From assembly GCA_040285855.1 (NCBI GenBank), contig JAUFOQ010000013.1, forward strand, positions 1,116,001 to 1,180,000: DNA of 64,000 nt, read 5' to 3'. Below are positions 10,262 through 19,697 of this stretch, piece by piece. Position numbers and translations under genes: made by a program. This stretch comes from Eukaryota sp. GEM-RC1 (lineage: Eukaryota). Under the pieces are notes generated by a model that did not search any database, had not been told where the DNA came from, and worked only from the letters and a program-made list of their open reading frames with translations. How positions within the stretch are numbered: position 1 is the first letter of the stretch; the number at the start of each line of letters is the position of its first letter.

Positions 10262-10268
10262 TAATTAT

Positions 10269-10370
10269 TGATACCTGTAAAGGTAGACATGCAAGGGGAA
10301 AGGATAATATAATTTATAAATGGCAACACCATACTTCAACACTGCCACATCATAACACCTGTGGCCAACA
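10269..10370 (-). repeat. 5' LTR (102 bp)
   Basis: Identical to 3630-3731 and followed by CTAG. Confidence 0.97.
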
Positions 10371-11299
10371 CTAGAGTCTATTGTACTGCTCTCTCTACTC
10401 TACAAGAGTCTACTGTATTGTAAGGGTTTGGAGCTTACAGTGATTGTCATTGTTAAGAACATTACATTTCAACTGAACCCTTGATACCAAAAGGCCTATT
10501 CTTTTCGTTTGGCATCATCAGTTAAAGTTTGTATAGATGAAGGTTCACAATGATCCGCCTGATCAGTAAGAAAATCTTCGTCAGAAGAATGATCTTCAAG
10601 AGATGATAATTTGAAACGTCGTGAACGAGAAGAAGTTCGTTTAGACATGATGAGGATTATACACCAAACTACAATGTACAATGAATGAATGTTCGAAAAC
10701 ACATATATTTTTTTTTTATTTTTAAATAATGTTCACTTTCGTCAGTGTTACATTTAAACCCTAAAAAGCTTTGGTCGGAAAGCTGTATCGTTACGAAATC
10801 TAATTAAATATGCATATGTATGTATTGATTAAATGGAAAAGAATTTATTTCTGGACAAAACAACAAACTTGATAGAATCGGTTTGTTGTTTATAGAACAC
10901 CCCTACCACTTGGCTATTTTTGTCAGTATCAATGACTGATTCAGTAATAGATTGAGACGGTTCTTGAGTCAACTGGGTATGTAAAGCATTGAGTTCAAGA
11001 TACTTCGTGAACGAGAAGTTGTAAATAAATCGTGGACATTAAGTCAAGTTTGTTTTGGACCATGATGATGTTTTTATATTTGACGGTGAAATCAGTGGAA
11101 CCATTTATGTTCTAGAGTTGATTCCTGGTGTCATAACGTGGACACCACAATCGGTGGTGACATTGAACTGAATCCACGTGGTGAAATCTAGCTTGTATGA
11201 TAAAAATGAATCAACAATCCTTAGATTTTAAACAAACACAATACATCATATCATATTGATTAGGATCAATCGCAACAATTCTCTTAGATTCATACCTTT

Positions 11300-12512
11300 G
11301 TTTAAATACATATCAGAACACTTTGACCGAATCACCAATTTTTTTTAAACAACATTTCCACACAATTGGCCATGAAGAGCAAACATTGTTTAATATACCT
11401 TCATACAAAACTATGCAATAATAATTAGTCTGTATTGTCGAAAACAATTTTAGACCAGTAGTTTAATCTAGTTCCATTGAATTGATTTTTTAGTGATCCT
11501 TCGTATGTTCGAATGATGAGTGTCTTGGTTGACACTATAAGCAGGACAGTGATTGATCTGGATATCTCCCCCAACTTAATTGATATTGAAAGTCACATTT
11601 TCTGTTTTTCACCCAAAGAAGCGGGGGTGGCAGGATTTGAAGAGGTGATGTATATGACGTACATAAAGACCATTTACATCTGTTGATCTACTCTACTTCT
11701 GAATTGTACAGAGGAACGAAGATATACCACCAAGCTATTGCTCAAGATGTTCCCATTGTTTCTGTAAACAAAGAATAGCCAGCTATAAAGAACACATTAC
11801 AGTAAATACATCACAGTAGATCTGCTGATCCTTTCTCCAATCTTGCTTCTTCTACTGGTCATTCTGTTTTCCAGAAACACACTGGAGTTTCTTCGAATAG
11901 TAATTTCAGTGGTGCTTGTGTCACAAGCAATTCAGTGGAAGAAGAGCAGAGAGAAATGAAACGGATGGAACGAAGAAAGTTATACAGTATGGCCAATACA
12001 GAATTCAAAATAGAATTTAGATCAACAGATAGTATCCCACAGATTGGACACGATTGTGTCACAAGCAATTCAGTGGAAGAAGAGCAGAGAGAAATGAAAC
12101 GGATGGAACGAAGAAAGTTATACAGTATGGCCAATACAGAATTCAAAATAGAATTTAGATCAACAGATAGTATCCCACAGATTGGACACGATTGTGTCAC
12201 AAGCAATTCAGTGGAAGAAGAGCAGAGAGAAATGAAGCGGATGGAACGAAGAAAGTTATACAGTATGGCCAATACAAGACGCAAGACATTGTCTTAAACT
12301 TCTCAGAGGTCAATCTTCAAGAGTAGAACACGGCCATGGTCATAGTAGGTAATTTGTGTGAAAGGAATCACACGCTTATAACTTAGGTAGTAAGTAGCGA
12401 GTGTAACGACGGATGAACCATAGATTGCCAACCGAAAACTTTCATTGCCATTTGTCCAAGCGGGAGACAACTGGGTAAAAATGTTGGATGACAACCTGGG
12501 GAACGGCGTCAC
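11300..12512 (-). pseudogene. Decayed probable paralog of the 2A-containing gene at 1-1512
   Basis: Short motifs occur in the same order: LSPAW, SLCS-containing tandem repeats, GGDIQINHCP followed by QDTHHSNIRR (versus HDTQPLRIRK), then CSSWPIVWK (versus GCWPSLWK). Many stops and frameshifts. Confidence 0.4.
11916..12276. repeat. 138-bp tandem repeat, ~2.6 near-identical copies
   Basis: ttgtgtcacaagcaattcagtggaagaagagc… starts at 11916, 12054 and 12192. Confidence 0.95.
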
Positions 12513-12825
12513 ACCTCACTACTTCAGCTTTTAGGTAAGCACTTACCATAGTGAAAAATTACTTTTCATATCGCGCAGTCTATAGTTAGAAAGATGGAGG
12601 ATCATACGCATGTCAAGAGAGAAGAAAAGTGAAATTGCAGTATTCATTTTTGGAGTCTTGTCTTGTTTGTCTACAGATAGCAGACATCTTTTCTGTCTTC
12701 GGATATCTCCTACACTTCATATACAACATTTTTGTACTTACTTACTTGACATCATTCATTAATTAATACATCAACAATGTTATTTTCAATGCTCTTGTGT
12801 ATCACAACATTGACAATGCATTGAA

Positions 12826-13122
12826 CTAGAACGTATATGTTGATTTCGTGTTAACAAGGAAGAGACTTGAAACAAAAGAAGAACGGGATGCTTTATTGAT
12901 ATCTAAACAAAGAAAACTACAATAATGATCTATAAAAACAAATTTAAATCGCATATGGTGTATGAGGCTAGCAGTATCACGAGTAGTATCACCAGCAATT
13001 CGAATAGCTCTTTCAATTACTGGGGTGGTGGTTTCACGAAGGGCGGAAGCAACTGCACTAAAGATGAGTTCAAGTTCCTTCTCGTCAAGTGAATGCTTAG
13101 AGTTTGCTAAAAGAGTAATCAC
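12826..13122 (-). CDS. Small hypothetical protein or gene fragment
   Basis: 98-aa helical-looking ORF with no recognised motif and no ATG start. Confidence 0.3.
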   Translation of the reverse strand: MITLLANSKHSLDEKELELIFSAVASALRETTTPVIERAIRIAGDTTRDTASLIHHMRFKFVFIDHYCSFLCLDINKASRSSFVSSLFLVNTKSTYTF

Positions 13123-13300
13123 TGCCTCATGACCAGTCTTGACAACGCTGTCAACGTCAACAATCTTCTTAGGTTGAGGTTCAGTTATCTAGAATTAGAT
13201 CAGTGGATTCATGTATGAAAGAAAAGTGAACTTCACTTCACATCTTCGAGTCCTATACTAGACCATGCACACTTATCTCATTCAATAAACAACATCTTCT

Positions 13301-14079
13301 TTATTTTGTTCTACTTGCCAGTTGTTTTTGCAATACAGGTCCTACATTTAACGTCTTTCTCTCTAACTTCTTTCTCTTATCGCTGCCTGAGATAGGCTGT
13401 TGCTTTCCACACGGCTGTCCCAAAGTCTTGGAAACAAGTGATCCTAGGGAGGATTGAATTTCATTGTTTTCAGTAGGAGTAGAAGGAGCGGATTCGACGG
13501 GAGAGTTACGAGAGGACTTTGTGAGAGGTTCTGGAGTTGTGGCTTCTTTGCTAACAACATTAGCTTCTTTTAGGTACTTATTCTTTTTCTTAACAATATG
13601 AGTTCTTTCATGAATAACATTAGGAGCAATTGAATAAAACTCAGTAAGATCTTCGTTTTCTTCAGGATTTATACCATACACTTTCTTAAAACGTGAAGAA
13701 ATGTCTGGTACTTTTGCGCCTTGGGAAGCTAAATATTGAGTTCTAGAATTAATAAAGTGAACAATATTCTCAAAAAGTCTTCCTTAGACTGTACCAAGTC
13801 TGAGAGGAATTCATCATTGTTGGTACTTATAGAAAGTCCATCGGTTGAATTGTCACGAGGTCGTGAAATTAGAATATAATCCCCATTGGGACCGAGCTGA
13901 ACACTTTTACCATCCACCTTTGTCGATGTATAACTAAAGACGTTATAGACATCCTGGTGCTTGTTCATATTCTTTCTTCGGAAAGCGTTAGAGCGTCGTT
14001 TCTTGTTATAATTGACAGACATAGACGTTGCATCATCTGAAGACTGAAATGAGAGTGAATAAAGACATACAACTGACAT
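13301..14079 (-). CDS. Hypothetical protein (~260 aa) split by one frameshift
   Basis: ORFs 13729-14079 and 13301-13681 join if one base is added to the homopolymer at ~13775 (EDFFENIVHFINSRTQYLASQGAKVPDISSRFKKVYGINP). Confidence 0.6.
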
Positions 14080-14121
14080 TAGATTTTTGCCGGAAAAATA
14101 TTTTCCTTCACTATCAATTCA

Positions 14122-14925
14122 ATGACCAACAATATCTTACAAGATTGTTTGGCAACATTCTTTGAAACATATCTCATTCAACAAATACAAGCATGTGGGT
14201 GTATCAAATGCATGGCCATAGGAGAACTTAACTCTCTTGACAAATTGACATCACTTTTGTCTCACATACATCGTATGAGCTTTCATCCAAATCCTGAAGA
14301 TGACTTAACTTCTTTATCTCCTTTACTTTCAATCTGCTCACATATACTAGCGAAATGTAAGACAATGCCGTCGATTCCATTGTGGAACGTGGTATTCAAA
14401 ATTGTTTGTTGTTGTTGTAGTAGTGTAGATGTTGAGGGAATGCTAAATTGTTTTTCTGTCCTGTTATTTGTACTTGCAAATTCTTTACAAGCAATGTATA
14501 ACACGTTGTTGATCACAAAGTGTGCAAGAATATTGTTTCTCAATGATATTTCCGAATTTCTTTGGAGTATTAGTGATCGGCAGTGTCTAGTTAAAGTATT
14601 GACAGTTTTGGTACTATCCTTGAATGGTGATGAATGTAGGGAATTGTTACTTACTGAAATATTCCAAGAGTTTACAGGATGTTCTGAACCATTGACAGAT
14701 ATAATTCTTATGTGTGAGAACAGTCAAGATGAGGAGTTTATTGAAATGTCCGTTGTTGTTAAAAGGGTGTCTTCGTTGTTCAACTTGTTTGATGTGAATG
14801 AGATTTGTGAATGTGATGCAGATTGTGACAAGGAGTTTGTGAGTTTCATTGATTCATTGCTTAAGTATAAAGAACAGTTGTATTTTATAACAAATAGCAA
14901 TAAGGAGATTACATTCGACATATAG
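14122..14925 (+). CDS. Hypothetical Cys/Leu-rich helical protein, 267 aa
   Basis: Intact ATG-started ORF, divergent from 13301-14079 across a 42-bp spacer. Confidence 0.6.
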   Translation: MTNNILQDCLATFFETYLIQQIQACGCIKCMAIGELNSLDKLTSLLSHIHRMSFHPNPEDDLTSLSPLLSICSHILAKCKTMPSIPLWNVVFKIVCCCCSSVDVEGMLNCFSVLLFVLANSLQAMYNTLLITKCARILFLNDISEFLWSISDRQCLVKVLTVLVLSLNGDECRELLLTEIFQEFTGCSEPLTDIILMCENSQDEEFIEMSVVVKRVSSLFNLFDVNEICECDADCDKEFVSFIDSLLKYKEQLYFITNSNKEITFDI

Positions 14926-15382
14926 AGAACACAAATCGGGGTGTTCTACTTCTACGAGGAACATCAGCTGTGTAGGGAGGAGGAGGAATTACCTTGGATT
15001 TAGTGAAACAGAAGCAGAAGGTACCTTGTCTTCAGATAGAATGGCATCAACGAGGGCTAGGAGAGAGAACTCATGTTTGATTTGTAAGATCAAGGGGGTG
15101 ACTTTAAAAGACTCGGATATGAGTTAGAGTGCTCGAAAGTAGTCCAATGACACGATACATTGCTCTATTTCATCAAGATCGATCCCAACACCAACATCAC
15201 CTTTTACAAAGACATATAATTTGACATATGAGACGATAGAAAGCTCATCATGGTAGAATAAGCTTCTAAGAATTATGTACGACCAGCATTTTCCATACAG
15301 TGGAGATAGATATATAAATTATAATGAAAGGAAAGTTTCCCTGCACAATCTGCATCTTAAACATCACCACTTCACACACTCA

Positions 15383-17275
15383 ATGTCCATTATCAACACA
15401 CTTACAGACGAACAGGCTCAGGTCTTCCAAGCTATTACTCATGCTAGACCTTCTAAGCGTCGAAATTTCTTCATTACTGGTGGTGCCGGATCGGGCAAGT
15501 CTTACCTACTGTACTGTCTTAAACAGTGGTGGTCTAATGCGGGTTCCAAGCTAATGAGACCCAATGGCCATGTCTTTTTTACTGCTACTACTGGTGTTGC
15601 TTCCACTGTCTTTGGTGGTCAAACCCTACACTCTCTCTTTGGTTATAATTTTATCCGTAATGAAAAACCAATATCTGATGTCATTCGCTCTATGCCTTCA
15701 AGTGTTAAGTCTGTTTTACGAACTATTAGTGCTCGAAATTCAATGCTTGTTATTGATGAAATTTCAATGTTGACTGCTGAACTATTCAACAGAGCCTCGG
15801 ATATATTTAAAGATTTACTGAAGTCTCAGTTACCATTTGGTGGACTTCAAGTTGTAATTTTGGAGATTTTTTGCAACTTGCACCAATTGTAAAGTCTGAC
15901 TCAAACACACGTACTGTTCTTCAACTTTCAGACTTTACGTTTTCATCACAGTCTTGGAAGGACTTGAATTTAAATTTTATTGAATTATCTGGAAGTATCC
16001 GACAACAAGGTGATGTCAATTTTTATAATTTTTTGAATGAAATACGTCTCGGACTTTTTGATGACTATATGAAACATATTTTATTGAAACATAAGTCATT
16101 AGCCAAAAATATTGAAAGTCCAACCAAATTATTTGCTAGAAACAAGGATGTCGCCGACGAAAATTTAAAGCAATTTGAATTATTATGTGATCAAGGGAAT
16201 GAAAATGTTGAATTTCATTCCCTCGATAAGTTCAATGAAAACTTAATTAAATCAGAAATTGTAAAGAGTTGGGCATTTGGTAAGCCTAATGAGGAACAAA
16301 TGGAAAAGGCTTTTGATTTAAATGTAAAAAAAATTATCAAGTAGGCTAAACGATTTTGCCGAACAAAAATTTCACTGTGTCGTCGGGGGTTTGGTAATGT
16401 TTACCCAAAACAAACCAGATCAGGGCCTAGTAAATGGGTCAAAAGGCAAAATTATTGATTTCTCTGAAAGTTCACATTTCATTAATGTAAGATTCGGGAG
16501 GGACGAAGAACCAATCAAAATTATTCCGACTAAATTTGAAATTGAGGTGTTGAATGAGAAGAAAAAGCCTGTAATTATAGCATCCCGATTGCAATATCCT
16601 CTTCGTCCTTGTTGGGCAATAACAGTCCATAGATCTCAGGGACTAACAATTGAAGGAATTGAAGTATCATTAAATTTTTGGGAATATGCCCAATTGTACG
16701 TTACATTGAGTCGAGTGAAGAACTGGAACTCAATTAAAATTTTAGATATTTCTTCAAGATTTCCCAAACCAAGAATTGATCTTTATCAGTGGTATTATTC
16801 CACTTTTCACCCCTGTCGACCGGTTACAAAACCTCTTTATCCTTTGCCATTAGAAGATGAAAGAATTGTTAGAAATTGGCCTTCTGTGTTGAAAACTTTT
16901 GATGAATTTTCGTCCAATATTATTTCTAGTGTTGGTCAAAGTACAGAAACTGTTGATGTTCTTGATCCAGTCAGTGAAGAAATTAAGGAAGATTTGGTGG
17001 AAAAAGATGTTCCAAAAATTGAAAATTTGAATACCACTTCTAATTCAGTTTTAGAATTATTCGATAATGAAGTTGTTGTCTCTGGAAGTGATAGTGGAGA
17101 TGATGAAACTGATGATGATGACGATGCGTCGTCTAGTATGAATGATTTTGTTGTGAATGATGATGAAGATGAGTGTCTCAATGGTCAAAGTGTAAGTGCC
17201 ATCAATTCTGATTTAATTTTTAACAAACCTGTGCCAAAACTGAAAAAACAACAGTCACTACTTTGCCTAAATTGA
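15383..17275 (+). CDS. PIF1: PIF1-family (SF1B) DNA helicase, ~630 aa, two frameshifts in homopolymers
   Basis: ITGGAGSGKS, TATTGVA, GQTLHS, VIDEISM, PFGGLQVV-(F)GDFLQLAPI, IRQQGD, LVNGS, QYPLRPCWAITVHRSQGLT, QLYVTLSRV. Breaks lie at a T run (~15860) and an A8 run (~16330). Acidic C-terminal tail. Confidence 0.93.
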
Positions 17276-17423
17276 GACCAAATCTATTGTCTCGAAATAC
17301 TCTCAAACCAAATTCGAATTTACCTAGTTTGAAATTATCAAAAATAGTGCACAACATGAGGTCACTGAATCTGTCAACAGAATAACAAATTCTCTTGGTC
17401 TTCAGACAGATTTTGAAAACAAC

Positions 17424-17834
17424 TTGAACAATACTCATAGTATTGCAATGCAGACAGAAACAAAGGTTCTCACAATTGTCCACAATATTGTACCACTGCA
17501 CTGGAACCAAAATGATACAACATCAGATTGTCTTCCAAATATGAAATTGAAACTTCAGTTGTTAAAAGATTTAAATTTATTGATGGCGGAAATTTTGAGT
17601 TTTCATTTGAATGATAGGGACAAGTACTTTAATGTGTTGTCGTTGACCAATACTTTTGTTATGTCGATATTAGATTTAAATGATGAAGTGATGTGTGATG
17701 AACATTGTTTGGGAATATTGGATGAATTTCGTGAAGTGATGTGTGAGTATTGTTGTGGGATTGGATATAAGGAGTCGTTTTCGTTGGCTGTGATGTTTGC
17801 GAGGGTGATGGGGGGATATAGTAGTGTTAGTTAA
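17424..17834 (+). CDS. Small hypothetical protein
   Basis: 136-aa ORF. ILDLNDEVMCDEHC resembles LFDVNEICECDADC in 14122-14925. Confidence 0.45.
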   Translation: MNNTHSIAMQTETKVLTIVHNIVPLHWNQNDTTSDCLPNMKLKLQLLKDLNLLMAEILSFHLNDRDKYFNVLSLTNTFVMSILDLNDEVMCDEHCLGILDEFREVMCEYCCGIGYKESFSLAVMFARVMGGYSSVS

Positions 17835-17930
17835 GTTTGATAAACTGAGGTTGTATATTTTATTGGTTGTGTTTAAAAAAAATATCAATGTCTAGGTCAA
17901 CAATTCATTACACATACGACACTTTCATTA

Positions 17931-18660
17931 CAAATGTTGTATCACCAAATGTTGTAGTTACAAATGTTGTATCACCAAATGTTGTAGTTACAAATGTTGT
18001 AGTTACAAATGTTGTATCACCAAATGTTGTAGTTACAAATGTTGTATCACCAAATGTTGTATCACCAAATGTTGTATCACCAAATGTTGTAGTTACAAAT
18101 GTTGTAGTTACAAATGTTGTATCACCAAATGTTGTAGTTACAAATGTTGTATCACCAAATGTTGTATCACCAAATGTTGTATCACCAAATGTTGTAGTTA
18201 CAAATGTTGTAGTTACAAATGTTGTATCACCAAATGTTGTAGTTACAAATGTTGTATCACCAAATGTTGTATCACCAAATGTTGTATCACCAAATGTTGT
18301 AGTTACAAATGTTGTAGTTACAAATGTTGTATCACCAAATGTTGTAGTTACAAATGTTGTATCACCAAATGTTGTATCACCAAATGTTGTATCACCAAAT
18401 GTTGTAGTTACAAATGTTGTATCACCAAATGTTGTATCACCAAATGTTGTATCACCAAATGTTGTATCACCAAATGTTGTAGTTACAAATGTTGTATCAC
18501 CAAATGTTGTATCACCAAATGTGGTATCACCAAATGTTGTTTCACCAAATGTTGTAGTTACAAATGTTGTTTCACCAAATGTTGTAGTTACAAATGTTGT
18601 AGTTACAAATGTTGTATCACCAAATGTTGTATCACCAAATGTTGTCATTACAAATGTTGT
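17931..18660. repeat. 15-bp minisatellite, ~48.7 units of two variants, with higher-order structure
   Basis: Units caaatgttgtatcac and caaatgttgtagtta. Confidence 0.98.
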
Positions 18661-19100
18661 ACATGTAGTTATAACTTGGGGTCTTTGTGTCTTCTGATGA
18701 ATGAAGCTTCATGGACTTGATGTCGTTGACCTTAGTCTCATTCCAGATAGCATCTGATAGAATTGAAAAATGCAGTCAAAAATGACTGAAGACACAGCAG
18801 TGTATTACACGATCAGAGTTGTAGCAAACCTTAGTGTTTTCCTTTGGAGGATAAGATGTCAATGTGATGTACGTGTAGTAGGATGGTTGTACAACGTTGA
18901 GTTTATTCATGACATGGTTGAACACGGTTCACAAGTCTAAGAACGAACACCTGCAAACACGTCTCTATCTTGAAAGAAGCTCAACACTGGATATCAAACG
19001 ATGTATGGAATCCATCAAAGAAGGTATAAGTGAATCAGTTTGGGGATATGTGGTTATGGGGTGAAGAGTTTTTGGGGCACCCCAAATGAATTCAACAGTA

Positions 19101-19697
19101 ATGTCTTCTCCTACTTTAACAACACTTGACGAATCAGTATCTGTTACACTTGTATGTTATCCCCTGCGCTGACATAAGAAACGTGACTTGAAAAAAATTG
19201 GTTACAGACTTGGCCAAGTTCTTATTCCTCGTTCTAATGCTAATACTTCGGATGAACGATATCAATGTCTCAGAGATTGGGATCTTTGGTTCCCACTCAT
19301 TGTCTGCTTTGTACTTTCTTCTTCTCTCGAAACTATCTCTCACAGCGAAGGCGCTGCCTTTTCTCTTGTCTTTGGTATCGTGTGGATTGGTGCTTTAGTC
19401 GTCAGTATCAACACAACTCTTCTGGGTGGAAACGCTTCTCTCTTCCAATCTGTATCGCTTCTATGCTATTGCCTTGCTCCTCTGTCAATAGTGGCCATTC
19501 TCTCCATGTTCCTCCAGAACTGGACTCTAACTCGGTTTATTCTTACTGGAGTTGCAGTTTTTTGGGGAACAACCGCCAGCTTAGGCTTCTTTGCTGGACT
19601 TGTACCCGCTGAAAGGAGAGCACTCGCCACCTATCCCGTCTGGCTTTTCTTCCTTGGACTTGGAGTACTATCGTGGGCGTCTGGACTGCAGTCATAG
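19101..19697 (+). CDS. YIPF6: Yip1-domain Golgi membrane protein (YIPF6/Yip4-like); exons 19101-19151 and 19179-19697
   Basis: Spliced product reads TLDESVSVTL|KRDLKKIG…LRDWDLWFPL…QSVSLLCYCLAP…RRALATYPVWLF. An alternative in-frame ATG lies at 19086. Confidence 0.9.
19152..19178 (+). other. 27-nt spliceosomal intron
   Basis: GTATGTtatcccctgcGCTGACataAG contains an in-frame TGA. Removing it restores the Yip1 TLDE…RDL motif. Confidence 0.88.

Larger units (their letters stand above)
3630..10370 (-). mobile_element. Full-length Ty3/gypsy LTR retrotransposon (6741 bp)
   Basis: Identical 102-bp TG…CA LTRs and a 4-bp CTAG target duplication (3626-3629 and 10371-10374). Domain order is gag(CCHC)-PR-RT-RNase H-INT. 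A PPT and a candidate PBS are present. Confidence 0.97.

Noticed and set aside
9867..10374. Plus-strand ORFs over the 33-bp repeat
   Set aside because: They are antisense by-products of a stop-poor repeat whose length is a multiple of three.
14960..15250. Stop-codon reassignment, suggested by a minus-strand frame with a single internal TAA
   Set aside because: Well-supported genes end in TAA and TAG, and very long ORFs contain no in-frame stops. A decayed ORF is the simpler explanation.
15383..17275. Calling the PIF1 gene a Helitron RepHel
   Set aside because: No HUH Rep motifs are fused or adjacent, and I could not identify Helitron termini.
17931..18660. CRISPR-like array
   Set aside because: There are no unique spacers, only two alternating 15-bp units. 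No cas genes are present and the context is eukaryotic.
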